Shown here piece by piece: positions 48,221-57,569 of a stretch of DNA of 64,000 nucleotides. Under the pieces are notes generated by a model. It had not been told where the DNA came from and did not search any database. It saw only the letters and a program-made list of their open reading frames with translations. The position numbers and the translations under genes were made by a program. Positions within the stretch are counted from its first letter, which is position 1. Every line of letters starts with the position of its first letter. Source of the stretch: Vicinamibacteria bacterium (GTDB lineage Bacteria; Acidobacteriota; Vicinamibacteria; Fen-336); assembly GCA_041481445.1 (NCBI GenBank), contig JBGPBV010000016.1, positions 12,432-76,431 of the forward strand, in the 5' to 3' direction.

Positions 48221-48316
48221 CGCTCGAACACCGAAACCATTGGACGAAAGTGTCGGTCGAAACCGATACCAAAGTCCGATGGACGAACCGCCCTCGCCGC
48301 GCGCATCCTGACCGCC
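48221..48316. repeat. intergenic cassette C: ATTGGACGA-N-ACCGATACCAA-N-GATGGACGA-N16-GCGCATCCT
   Basis: Same architecture and about 75% identity to 54741..54848. Lies in the MBL/VOC divergent region. Confidence 0.65.
48280..48309 (+). promoter_or_regulatory. putative sigma70-like promoter (-35 TGGACG, 18-nt spacer, -10 CATCCT) of the VOC gene, embedded in cassette C
   Basis: The -35/-10 hexamers are conserved in position and sequence with cassette D. Lies 72 nt upstream of ATG 48381. Confidence 0.3.
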
Positions 48317-48380
48317 AACCATGGAAGCCGCGATTGAGACGGATGCATCCCATACAAACGATCAGGAGAGAGAGGCCACG

Positions 48381-49058
48381 ATGAGCACGCAGACACGCAG
48401 TGAGCAAGCCGCCCGGGCCCCGAACGCCGCGACGGTCGAAACGAAGCTCGAGGTCGTCGTCCTTCCGGTGTCCGATGTCGATCGCGCCAAGCGCTTCTAT
48501 GGGGGCCTGGGATGGAGGCTGGACGCCGATTTCACCAACGGCCCGGATTGGCGGGTCGTGCAAATGACCCCTCCCGGCTCGCAAACCTCCGTCCAAATCG
48601 GCAAGGGAATCACGACGGCCATGCCGGGCTCGGTCAAGGGAACGTTCCTCGTCGTCGAAGACATCGAGGCCGCACGCGCCGAGCTCATCGGCAAAGGCGC
48701 CGACGTGAGCGAGCCGTTCCATTTCGCCAGCATCGGGGGACCGCGCTTGCCCGGCGTCGACCCCGAACGTCGCACCTACAACACCCGGGCCACGTTCAGC
48801 GATCCGGACGGCAACACCTGGCTGCTCCAGGAGATCACGACGCGGCTTCCCGGACGCGGATTCAGCGGGCTGGACGTCGCGACGCTGACCGGGCTCCTGC
48901 GGGAGGCGGAGACGCGCCACGGCGCGTACCAGCCGACCGCTCCGAAGCACCACTGGTCGGACTGGTACGCCGCCTACATCGTCGCCCGCGAGCGCGGCCG
49001 GACTCCCGAGGACGCCGTCAAGGACGCGGGGCTCCACTTGGAGGGCGCGCGGCGTTGA
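48381..49058 (+). CDS. VOC (glyoxalase/bleomycin-resistance/dioxygenase) family protein
   Basis: An AGGAGAGAGAGG RBS precedes the ATG at 48381. Two beta-alpha-beta-beta-beta modules. Confidence 0.8.
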   Translation: MSTQTRSEQAARAPNAATVETKLEVVVLPVSDVDRAKRFYGGLGWRLDADFTNGPDWRVVQMTPPGSQTSVQIGKGITTAMPGSVKGTFLVVEDIEAARAELIGKGADVSEPFHFASIGGPRLPGVDPERRTYNTRATFSDPDGNTWLLQEITTRLPGRGFSGLDVATLTGLLREAETRHGAYQPTAPKHHWSDWYAAYIVARERGRTPEDAVKDAGLHLEGARR

Positions 49059-49651
49059 GAGCAGACATCGTTCCCGGGACCGTTTTCCCCGACTACGAGC
49101 TGTCCGACCACCGCGCGACGCACCGAAAGCTCTCGGAGCTGCAGAGGGACGATCCGCTGGTGCTGGTGCTCTCCCGCGGAGGGTTCTGTCCGAAGGATAG
49201 ACGCCAGCACGAAGGGCTCCTGCAGCTCCACCGCGAGATGCGCGTCGGCTACTGCCGCCTGGTGACGGTCTCGACGGACAACCTCATCGAGACGAACGAT
49301 TTCCGCGACGGCGTCGGCGCCCACTGGCCGTTCCTCTCGGACCCTGGGCGGATGGTCCAGAAGGATCTCGACATCGCGGAGTACACCGACCCGGATCACA
49401 ACCCGATGATCCCGCACACGCTGGTGCTCGAGCCCGCCCTGCGCGTCCACAAGATCTACAACGGCTACTGGTTCTTCGGACGGCCGACGGTGGAGGAGCT
49501 GCGCCTCGACCTGCGCGCCGTGCTGCGGCCCTGCCGTCCCGATTGGGACATCAGCAGCGCGGAGCAGCGAACAGCCTGGGAGAAGGGCGAGAAAGCGCGT
49601 TTCTTTCCGTACGGGAAGACGCGGGTGCAAGTGCTGGCCGAGCGGGACTGA
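49055..49651 (+). CDS. redoxin / AhpC-TSA-like thioredoxin-fold protein
   Basis: TTG start overlapping the VOC stop (TTGA). GGFCPKDRRQHEGL peroxiredoxin-like Cys motif. Confidence 0.6.
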   Translation: MRADIVPGTVFPDYELSDHRATHRKLSELQRDDPLVLVLSRGGFCPKDRRQHEGLLQLHREMRVGYCRLVTVSTDNLIETNDFRDGVGAHWPFLSDPGRMVQKDLDIAEYTDPDHNPMIPHTLVLEPALRVHKIYNGYWFFGRPTVEELRLDLRAVLRPCRPDWDISSAEQRTAWEKGEKARFFPYGKTRVQVLAERD

Positions 49652-50053
49652 TGCGCGAACCGGAGCTGCTCGAGCCGACGTTCATGGCGAACGGCTTGGA
49701 GGTCAGGCCGCGGATCTCGGCGATCACGTCGCGGATCGCCTCCGCGCCGGGCCGTGCGCGCCGAAGGACCCGAGACCGCCGAAGTTCGAGACCGCCGCCG
49801 TCAGTCTCTGCGATGACCGCCCGCCGAGCGGACCCTGGATCACGGGATAGAGACGCCGGTGTCCAGCCCGATGCGCGCATGGGCGATGCCTTGCACGTCG
49901 TCGAGAGCCGGCAGCAGGCCGACGGTCGATGGCTCCTCGATCGCTCGCACAATGAGGCGCTCGCCTTCCCGTTCGGCGAGTCGGTGGGCGCGCCCAGTCG
50001 GTGGAACACGCTCCGGGCGCTGCGTGTGCTCCGTTGGTACGAGCGAGCACCGG

Positions 50054-51127
50054 CTAGCCGAACGTGAACACGACCGCCCGGACGCCCGGATCGAGGAACT
50101 CGATCTCGAACCTGCGATCGTCGACGCGCGTGCCCTGTCGAATGAGCTGGTAGAGACGAGGCTCGCGGACCTCGCCGCTGCCGTCGGGGGCCGAATCGGA
50201 TCCGTGCGCGTCGCCGGGCGCGGCGCCGTCCAGCCTCACCTTGAAACGAACGGGGCGTCCGTCCTTCCCCGGAGCCAGCACGAGGTGCAGGTCGCGGCTG
50301 TGGAACCGGAAGACGATCCGGCCGCCCGCGGTCTCGAGCAAGGCGCTCTCGGGGCCGACGTTCCACGATCCGACGAGTCCCCAGTCGTTCCGCGCGAGCC
50401 GGTCCGGTACGCGGTACGTGTTGGGGACGCCGCTGGCCAGCCGCCCGGGTGATGCGAATCGCTCAGCCTGGCGGGAGCCGATATACGTCTCGGGCGACTG
50501 CACCGCCGCGCTGGGCGCGGCTTCGACGCCGTCACCGGCGACACGGACCGTGCTCTCGTCCAGGCCGACCGCTCCGCTCTCCTTCAAGAGCTCCTGCAGG
50601 ACGCGCTCGGCCTCGACGTATTGGCCCTCGCCGAAGTAGTGATGGCGAATGCGGCCCTTGGCATCGATGAAGTACAGCGCCGGCCAGTACGCGTTGTGAA
50701 AGGCCTCCCAGATCCTGTAATCGCTGTCGATGGCGACGGGGTAGGTGACCTTCAGGCCGCGCACGGCCTCCTGCACGTTGGCGCGCTCCTTCTCGAACGA
50801 GAATTCGGGCGTGTGCACGCCGATCACGACGAGCCCTGCATCCTTGTACTTGTCTGCCCAGGCCTTAACGTAGGGTAGAGGCCGCAGCGAGTTTATGCAG
50901 GTGTACGTCCAGAAGTCGACCAGCACGACCTTTCCGCGCAGCGACTCGCTGCTGAGCGGAGCGGAGTTGAGCCAGCAGAGCGCGCCGCCGAGGTCAGGCA
51001 GGCGGCCCTCGTCGGCCAGGGCGGGACGAGCGCTGGTCCCCAGCGCGCCCAGGGCGGCCACCGTCGCCGCCCCGATCGCGGGCAGCGCGGCCAGTCCGAT
51101 GATCACGTTTCTCATGATGCTCCTCAT
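50054..51127 (-). CDS. secreted thioredoxin-like (TlpA/redoxin family) protein with extra C-terminal domain
   Basis: Signal peptide. The thioredoxin-fold motif WTYTCINSL retains a single Cys (CxxS). Confidence 0.7.
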   Translation of the reverse strand: MRSIMRNVIIGLAALPAIGAATVAALGALGTSARPALADEGRLPDLGGALCWLNSAPLSSESLRGKVVLVDFWTYTCINSLRPLPYVKAWADKYKDAGLVVIGVHTPEFSFEKERANVQEAVRGLKVTYPVAIDSDYRIWEAFHNAYWPALYFIDAKGRIRHHYFGEGQYVEAERVLQELLKESGAVGLDESTVRVAGDGVEAAPSAAVQSPETYIGSRQAERFASPGRLASGVPNTYRVPDRLARNDWGLVGSWNVGPESALLETAGGRIVFRFHSRDLHLVLAPGKDGRPVRFKVRLDGAAPGDAHGSDSAPDGSGEVREPRLYQLIRQGTRVDDRRFEIEFLDPGVRAVVFTFG

Positions 51128-51136
51128 TCGTGGCTC

Positions 51137-52168
51137 TCAAATGCCGTCGACGTCGATGACCGCCCGGGCGAACGCTTCGGGCGCCTCCTGGGGAACGTTG
51201 TGCCCAATGCCGTCGAGGATCCGGTGCGCGTGCTTGCCGGCGAACTGCCGGGCATAGGGCGCGCCATCCGCGGCGGCGCCGTCGAAATCACTGCCAATGG
51301 TGATGGCCGGCACCGTGATGGCGGGACGCCGGAACAGCTTCTGCTCCAGGTCCTCGTATCGGGATTCACCCTTGGCCAGGCTCAGCCGCCAGCGGTAGTT
51401 GTGGATCACGATCGCGACGTGATCGGGGTTGTCGAAGGAAGCCGCCGTGCGGTCGTACGTCGCGTCGTCGAAGTCCCACTTGGGCGAGGCGATCTTCCAG
51501 ATGAGCTTGTTGAACTCGTACCAGTTCCGGCGGTAGCCGAGCTGGCCACGCTCCGTCGCGAAGTAGTACTGGTACCACCATCCCCATTCCGCCTTCGGCG
51601 GCAGGGGCTGCTGGTTGGCCTCCAGGTTCACGATCAGGTAGCCGCTGACCGACACGATCCCCTTGCAGCGCTCGGGCCAGAGGGCGGCCATGATGTCGGC
51701 CGTCCGCGCCCCCCAGTCGAAGCCGGCGACGATCGCCTTCTGGACGCCGAGCGCATCCATCAAGGCGAGGATGTCGGCCGCGATCGCCGACTGCTGGCCG
51801 TTGCGGAACGTGTCGGCGGAAAGGAATCGCGTCGTGCCATAGCCGCGCAGGAAGGGCACGATCACCCGGTATCCCTCGGCCGCCAGCAAGGGCGCCACGT
51901 CCACGTAGCTGTGGATGTCGTAGGGCCAGCCGTGGAGGAGAACGACGGCGGGGCCACTCCTGGGGCCTGCTTCGGCGTACCCCATGTTCAGCAGCCCCGC
52001 CTCGACCTGCCGGATCGGGCCGAGCGACGTGTTCGTTCCCGGCTTGCGCTCGCCCATTCGCGGCGCTGCCTGGGCGGACTGCGCGAGCGGGGAGCCCATG
52101 GCGAGCTCGGCCACGGTCAGTGCCGCGGCTCCCATGAAGCGGCGGCGATCGAGCTCGATCCCCGTCAT
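51137..52168 (-). CDS. Tat-exported alpha/beta hydrolase (epoxide-hydrolase-like)
   Basis: RRRFMGAAAL twin-arginine signal. LLHGWPYD and GFDWGA motifs. Its ATG overlaps the upstream stop (ATGA). Confidence 0.8.
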   Translation of the reverse strand: MTGIELDRRRFMGAAALTVAELAMGSPLAQSAQAAPRMGERKPGTNTSLGPIRQVEAGLLNMGYAEAGPRSGPAVVLLHGWPYDIHSYVDVAPLLAAEGYRVIVPFLRGYGTTRFLSADTFRNGQQSAIAADILALMDALGVQKAIVAGFDWGARTADIMAALWPERCKGIVSVSGYLIVNLEANQQPLPPKAEWGWWYQYYFATERGQLGYRRNWYEFNKLIWKIASPKWDFDDATYDRTAASFDNPDHVAIVIHNYRWRLSLAKGESRYEDLEQKLFRRPAITVPAITIGSDFDGAAADGAPYARQFAGKHAHRILDGIGHNVPQEAPEAFARAVIDVDGI

Positions 52169-52746
52169 AGGATCTCGTCGATCCGGTGCACCGCTCCGTC
52201 CGGGCGCGTTTCGCCGACACCGACGCTGATGATGCGATTCAGGAATGCGTACGTCTCCGCCGAGGTCTCGAACCTCGGCACCGTTCGGAAGTAGTAGCGC
52301 GCGGGATCGACGACCTCTCCACGCCCGAGGGCGGCGATCGCGTCCGGGGGGCCGTGACGGAGCCCCTGGAACGTCATGTAGATCAGCCCATGGTCGTCCG
52401 TCTCCAGCGTGATGCGCAGGTCCAGCTCCAGGACGCCGTCGGAGCGCAGCAACAGCCAGTCCCCTCCCCCGGGCAGGATCTTTCCGCGCAGTCGCGGGCC
52501 TTCGAAGTCGCCGCCCGTGACCGGCACGATGATGCGCGTGCCATGGGGCACCGTGCCGAGCTTCTGCGGCGGAGCGGCGGTGATCCTCACCGTCATCAGT
52601 GGTCGCGAGTTCATGGCGGGCTGTCTCCCCTTCGCGGCGGCGGGGGCGCCATCGGCGGCGGCCCTCGGCGCAAGTCCCGGCAGGGCGCTCGCGGCCCCGG
52701 CAACGAGAGGGGCCGCCACGGCCTTGAGCACGTCTCGGCGAAACAT
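52165..52746 (-). CDS. DUF3237-family protein with Tat signal
   Basis: MFRRDVLKAVAAPLVAGAASALP. Paralog of the next gene. Confidence 0.65.
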   Translation of the reverse strand: MFRRDVLKAVAAPLVAGAASALPGLAPRAAADGAPAAAKGRQPAMNSRPLMTVRITAAPPQKLGTVPHGTRIIVPVTGGDFEGPRLRGKILPGGGDWLLLRSDGVLELDLRITLETDDHGLIYMTFQGLRHGPPDAIAALGRGEVVDPARYYFRTVPRFETSAETYAFLNRIISVGVGETRPDGAVHRIDEIL

Positions 52747-52748
52747 GA

Positions 52749-53198
52749 CTAGAGGATTTCCTCGATCGTATAGATCGGTCCGTTCGCGCGGCGATCGCCC
52801 GACGCGATGGCGATCACGCCGTTCAGGTAGGCGTACTGCGGCGCGCTCGTCTCGAACCGTGGCGCGGTCCGGAAGTAGTACCTGGACGGATCGACGGACT
52901 CGCCTCGCGCCAGCGCCGCGAGCACGTCCGCGGAGCCGTGACGGAAGCCGAACGACGACATGTTGATCAAGGCGCCGTCGTCCGTCTCCAGCGTGATCCT
53001 GAGATCGAGCTCCAGCACGCCGTCCGCCCGCAAGAGCGTCCAGTCCCCTCCGCCCGGCAGGACCTTGCCGCGCAGCCGCGGGCCGTCGAAGCTGCCGCTG
53101 GTGATCGGCGCGATGACGCGTGTTCCATGCGGCACCGCGCCGAGCCTTTGCGGCGGAGGGACGACGACCCGCAGCGTCATCAGCGGACGTGAAGTCAT
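52749..53198 (-). CDS. DUF3237-family protein (cytoplasmic paralog)
   Basis: About 149 aa. Roughly 70% identical to the C-terminal 150 aa of 52165..52746, indicating tandem duplication. Confidence 0.65.
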   Translation of the reverse strand: MTSRPLMTLRVVVPPPQRLGAVPHGTRVIAPITSGSFDGPRLRGKVLPGGGDWTLLRADGVLELDLRITLETDDGALINMSSFGFRHGSADVLAALARGESVDPSRYYFRTAPRFETSAPQYAYLNGVIAIASGDRRANGPIYTIEEIL

Positions 53199-53212
53199 CG
53201 GGGCTCCCCGGA

Positions 53213-54514
53213 TCACCGGAGCGACTTGAATCCCGCGCGGAGATCCGCGACCAGGAGCTCCGGCTGCTCCCAGGCCGCGAAGTGGCCGCCCTTGTCGAGT
53301 TTGTTGTAGTAGACGAGTTTCGGATAGGCCCGCTCTGTCCAACTGCGCGGCGCCTGATAGAGCTCATCGGCAAAGGCGCTGACGGCAACCGGGATGGCGA
53401 TGCCTTTCGGGGCGAAAAAGACGAGCTTGCTCTCCCAATAGAGACGAGCCGACGAGACCCCCGTGTTCGTCAACCAGTAGAGGGTCACGTTGTCGAGGAT
53501 ATCGTCTCGGGTCAGGCCCTCCTTCTGGCCGCCAATGACGCGCGCGATGAGCGCATAACTGCTAGCGTCGTGATCGATCATCCAAGCGGCGAGACCGATC
53601 GGCGAATCGTCGATCCCGTACAGCGTCTGCGGGCGGTGGCTCATCTCCTGGGCGTAGCCGAGGCCGTTCTTGTAGAAGAAGTCGAGCTGATCGTACGCAT
53701 GACGCTCATCGGCCGAGAGGCCGGCCGGCGCCGCGCCGCCGGACGAGAGCGCCTTGGCAATGTCGTCGGGGACGGTGGCCGGCATATTGGTGTGAATGCC
53801 AAGGAGCTCCGGAGGCGCCTGCAGGGCCATCTGCTCGGTGACGGCATTCCCCCAGTCGCCCCCCTGGGCCACGAATCGCGTGTAGCCGAGGCGCTTCATC
53901 AGGACGGTCCAGGCGCGCGCGATGCGAATAGGGTCCCAACCGGGAGTGGTGGGCTTCCCTGAGAACCCGTGGCCCGGCAACGACGGAATCACGACGTCGA
54001 AGGCGTCCGATGCACTTCCGCCATGGGCCGTTGGATTCGTCAGCGGATCGATGATCTTCAACTGCTCGATGATCGAGCCTGGCCACCCATGCGTGACGAT
54101 GAGCGGCAATGCACTCGGATGCTTCGAACGCACGTGGATGAAATGAATGTCCACCCCGTCGATGTTCGTGATGAACTGCGGCAGGGCGTTCAGCCTCGCT
54201 TCGGCCTTCCGCCAGTCGTAATCGGTCTGCCAATAGCGCGCGAGCTCTCGCATCGTCGCGAGCTGCACGCCTTGCGATGCATCCGTTACCGTTTCCCGCG
54301 ACGGCCACTTGCTTGCGGCGATGCGCCGACGCAGGTCCGCGAGAGCCTCATCGGATGCATGAAACTGGAATGGCCGGACCTGTTTGTCGTCCGTGGCCGG
54401 GTCCCTTTCGGCGGCGGACGGCGGCGCCGCGGCCCGAGCGCTGGCGGCGAGCACGCCGAGGACGAAGAGCCCCCCGGCGGCGGCCGTGAACGTCGTCTGT
54501 CCGAAATGGGTCAT
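53213..54514 (-). CDS. epoxide hydrolase (microsomal-EH-like, N-terminal EHN domain)
   Basis: ATG at 54514 with a signal peptide. Motifs IHFIHVRSKHP...LIVTHGWPGS, GGDWG and HFAAWEQPE. Confidence 0.85.
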   Translation of the reverse strand: MTHFGQTTFTAAAGGLFVLGVLAASARAAAPPSAAERDPATDDKQVRPFQFHASDEALADLRRRIAASKWPSRETVTDASQGVQLATMRELARYWQTDYDWRKAEARLNALPQFITNIDGVDIHFIHVRSKHPSALPLIVTHGWPGSIIEQLKIIDPLTNPTAHGGSASDAFDVVIPSLPGHGFSGKPTTPGWDPIRIARAWTVLMKRLGYTRFVAQGGDWGNAVTEQMALQAPPELLGIHTNMPATVPDDIAKALSSGGAAPAGLSADERHAYDQLDFFYKNGLGYAQEMSHRPQTLYGIDDSPIGLAAWMIDHDASSYALIARVIGGQKEGLTRDDILDNVTLYWLTNTGVSSARLYWESKLVFFAPKGIAIPVAVSAFADELYQAPRSWTERAYPKLVYYNKLDKGGHFAAWEQPELLVADLRAGFKSLR

Positions 54515-54560
54515 GTCGGATTCCTTTCTCAGGCGCTCACCCCGCCGGTCCGAGGGGATC

Positions 54561-54660
54561 GGTGGCGCGCGAAGACACCGACAAGATCGTCCCGCGGGCC
54601 CGGATGTTCCATTGGACGATGGTGTCGGCGATACCTTCGTATCGGTCGCGACGGTCACGC
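54561..54660. repeat. intergenic cassette A (about 100 nt) with CCATTGGACGA and the 7-1-7 imperfect palindrome GGTGTCGGCGATACC
   Basis: About 80% identical over roughly 100 nt to 60619..60712. Lies between the EH1 start and the SDR fragment. Confidence 0.7.
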
Positions 54661-54770
54661 CTTGTCTGCGTAGGCTCTGTTGTCCACGGGCACGAGTCCG
54701 CGGATCATCTGGCCGCCGTCCACGACGAAGGTCTGCCCCGTGGCGTACGAGGCGGCGTCCGATTTATTGG
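54655..54770 (-). pseudogene. C-terminal fragment of an SDR-family oxidoreductase
   Basis: ...ASYATGQTFVVDGGQMIRG...* is the canonical SDR C-terminus. The upstream part of ORF 54655..55008 is non-coding-like. Confidence 0.4.
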
Positions 54771-54848
54771 ACGATGGCATCGATCCCACCTGAACCGATA
54801 CCAACGTCTGATGGACGATTGCGCTGTGGATGCGCATCCTTTGCCGGG
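54741..54848. repeat. intergenic cassette D (paralog of C) upstream of the SRPBCC gene
   Basis: Sequence: ATTGGACGAtggcatcgatcccacctgaACCGATACCAAcgtctGATGGACGAttgcgctgtggatGCGCATCCT. Confidence 0.65.
54812..54840 (+). promoter_or_regulatory. putative sigma70-like promoter (-35 TGGACG, 17-nt spacer, -10 CATCCT) of the SRPBCC gene, embedded in cassette D
   Basis: Same arrangement as in cassette C. Lies 47 nt upstream of ATG 54887. Confidence 0.3.
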
Positions 54849-54886
54849 ACGCCGCCTCCGAATGGCGGGTCAAGCAAGGAGCACGC

Positions 54887-55336
54887 ATGTCCACGATCCA
54901 TCTCCACCAGACGACCACCGTGACGCCCGAGCAGTTCGTGGCCGGGCTCACCGACTTCGGGCCGGGCCGCTCGAAGCTGTTTGGCAACAGCGCCGACGAG
55001 TACCTCAAGGTGCATCACCAGGCCTCCAAAGAGGCCGACGTCACCGAGGGATCGGGGGGTATCTGGGAACGCCTGCACTACGACTGGTCCGACCCCAACC
55101 GCGTCGTCCTCACGACGACCGACTCCAACCTGTGGGGAGGCGCTTCCGGCCACACCTACACCTTCACGCGGCAGCCCAACGGCACGACCGACATCGACGC
55201 CGTCGTGGTACGCGACGGCAAGAACCTCAGGGGACGGATGCTCGGCCTCGTGCTCGGGACCGTCGGCAAGGGCGTCCTGGAAAAGGCCTTTCGAAACACC
55301 GTCAAGGCCGTCGAAGCCCGAAACGCCGGGGCATAG
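54887..55336 (+). CDS. SRPBCC-family (polyketide cyclase/START-like) protein
   Basis: ATG at 54887 (MSTIHLHQTTTVTPEQFVAG). About 149 aa. Confidence 0.65.
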   Translation: MSTIHLHQTTTVTPEQFVAGLTDFGPGRSKLFGNSADEYLKVHHQASKEADVTEGSGGIWERLHYDWSDPNRVVLTTTDSNLWGGASGHTYTFTRQPNGTTDIDAVVVRDGKNLRGRMLGLVLGTVGKGVLEKAFRNTVKAVEARNAGA

Positions 55337-55399
55337 GCGCCGGCAGCCGATCGCTGACCGAACGCTGAGACGAGGTGATTGGCGTGAAGACCAATATTC

Positions 55400-56670
55400 G
55401 TGTCAATAACGCGGCCTACGAGCTCTCCGTGGGACGCCGAAGGCTCGTTCGCTTTGGAGTCGGCCATCGACGAGCTCTCGTACGCGCTGGGCATCGATCC
55501 AATCGAGCTGCGAGTGAAGAATCACGCGCACGTGCATCCGGAGAGCGGCCTGCCGTGGTCGAGCAATGCGCTGATGGACTGCTATCGACGCGGTGCGGAA
55601 CGCTTCGGCTGGTCGGCGCGCAATCCAAAGCCTCGATCGATGAGGAACGGGGGGCAGCTCGTCGGATACGGCATGGCCCGAGCGGCATTGGTCGCGTACC
55701 AGCCCCCATGCAAAGCCATCGCATCCATACGGCGCGATGGAACGGCCTTCGTTCGCAGCGGCGCGACCGATATCGGGCCGGGCCCCCCCTACACCGTGAT
55801 GACGATGCTCGCGGCGGATTGCCTTGGCGTGCCGATCGAGCGTGTGCAGTTCGGTCTGGGTGATAGCCCGATGCCGAAGGCGCCGCAGGAAGGTGGGTCC
55901 GGACTGACGGGCGCACTCGGCAACGCCGTCCAGGCGGCCTGTGTCGATCTCGTCCGCGCATTCGTGAATCGCGTCCGCGACGACGAGGCGTCTCCCCTCG
56001 AGGGATGTCGATTGGAGGGCATCACCGTTCGGGACGGAGGCATCCAGATCACCGACGATCCCGCGCGCTTCGAAACATATGCCGCCATACTCACGCGGCA
56101 CGGTCTGGACGAGATCACCATTGAAGCAGAGAGCGCGCCGCCGGGTGAGACCTCGCCCGTCACGATGATCGCCCGCGCCGGTCGCTTCGTCCCCTTCACG
56201 GCGCCGTCGACGGGCGCCCGCGCGCACGCCGGGGGATATGCCGCGCACTTCGTCGAGGTCCACGTCGATCCGGATCTCGGAACGATCCGCGTGGCGCGCG
56301 TCGTGTCGGCGGTGGATGGAGGCCGGATTCTCAACCCGAAGACGTCCCGCAGTCAGATCACCGGGGGCATGGCCGGCGGAATCGGCATGGCACTGCTGGA
56401 GGAAACCGTATCGGACCGTACCGTCGTCTGGTGAACACGTCGCTGGCCGACTATGTCGTGGCGCTGAACGCGGACGTGCGGGATGTCGATGTGCTGTTCG
56501 TGGGACAACCCGATTCAATGACCCCCCTCGGAACAAAGGGGGTCGGGGAGCTCGCCATCGCCGGGATGGCGGCCGCAATCGCCAATGCGGTCTATCACGC
56601 GACGAGCACGCGGGTCCGCTCGTTGCCGCTCTCCATCGAGAAGGTGCTCGGACAGGAGTCCTCCCGTTGA
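55400..56670 (+). pseudogene. N-terminally truncated, frameshifted molybdopterin-binding subunit of a xanthine-dehydrogenase/CO-dehydrogenase-family oxidoreductase
   Basis: Only the C-terminal roughly 420 aa are present. A -1 frameshift at about 56425 (ACCGTCGTCTG where ACCGGTCGTCTG would restore ...SDRTGRLVNTSLADY...). Just upstream, about 16 codons resembling the start of a 2Fe-2S small subunit (VKTNIRVNNAAYEL) lie out of frame. Confidence 0.7.
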
Positions 56671-56686
56671 AGCAGGAGATCAGGAG

Positions 56687-57568
56687 ATGTCGATGACAAC
56701 GGCAGCCAGCAACACGACGGCCCCAACGCAGCTCCTCCGAGGGAGAAGCGAGACGTACGCGTATCGCCGTTTCGGCGGCGGACCCGCACGTCCCTTGCTG
56801 TTTCTCCAGCACTTCACCGGGACGCTCGACAACTGGGATCCTGCCGTGACTGATCCGCTCGCAACAGAGCGAGAAGTCATCTTGTTCGATAGCGCAGGCG
56901 TAGGGCGGTCAACCGGCAAGGTGCCCGTCACGGTAGCCGGAATGGCGGCGCATGCGCTGGACTTCCTGGACGGCTTGGGGTTGGACAGATGTGATGTCCT
57001 CGGATTCTCGCTCGGCGGAATGGTCGCGCAGCAGATGGCGCGGGACCGCCCCTCGATGTTCCGCCGGATGATTCTCGTGGGGACCGCGCCGCGCGGCGGC
57101 GACGACATCATGCACCTGGAGAAACCGAGTCTGGCCAGGCACCTTGGTGATCCGACCCTCAAGGGATACGCAGTGTTGCCGAAGCTTTTCTTTGCGCCGA
57201 CGTCGTCGAGCCAGGCGGCCGGCGGGGCGTTCATCGAGAGGCTGGCACAACGAAGCGAGGACCTCGACACCGCATCCGGACCGGCCGTCGCCGCCGCGCA
57301 GATGGCGGCGTTCCGTGAGTGGGAGCAGTCTACGGGGACCCGCTTCGGCGATCTCGAGGGCATCCTTCAGCCCACCCTCGTCGTCAATGGCATCTACGAC
57401 GAAATGATTCCCGTCGCGAACTCCTATCGGTTGGCCGAGAACCTTCCGAACGCCGTACTTCTCGCGTACCCGGACTCCGGACACGGTTCCCTCTTCCAGT
57501 TTCACGACTCCTTCACCCGGCACGCGGCGGCATTCCTCGCGTCGGACTCGCCGTTCGCACCCTACTGA
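56687..57568 (+). CDS. alpha/beta hydrolase
   Basis: An AGGAGATCAGGAG RBS precedes the ATG at 56687. GFSLGG nucleophile motif. Confidence 0.8.
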   Translation: MSMTTAASNTTAPTQLLRGRSETYAYRRFGGGPARPLLFLQHFTGTLDNWDPAVTDPLATEREVILFDSAGVGRSTGKVPVTVAGMAAHALDFLDGLGLDRCDVLGFSLGGMVAQQMARDRPSMFRRMILVGTAPRGGDDIMHLEKPSLARHLGDPTLKGYAVLPKLFFAPTSSSQAAGGAFIERLAQRSEDLDTASGPAVAAAQMAAFREWEQSTGTRFGDLEGILQPTLVVNGIYDEMIPVANSYRLAENLPNAVLLAYPDSGHGSLFQFHDSFTRHAAAFLASDSPFAPY

Positions 57569-57569
57569 G

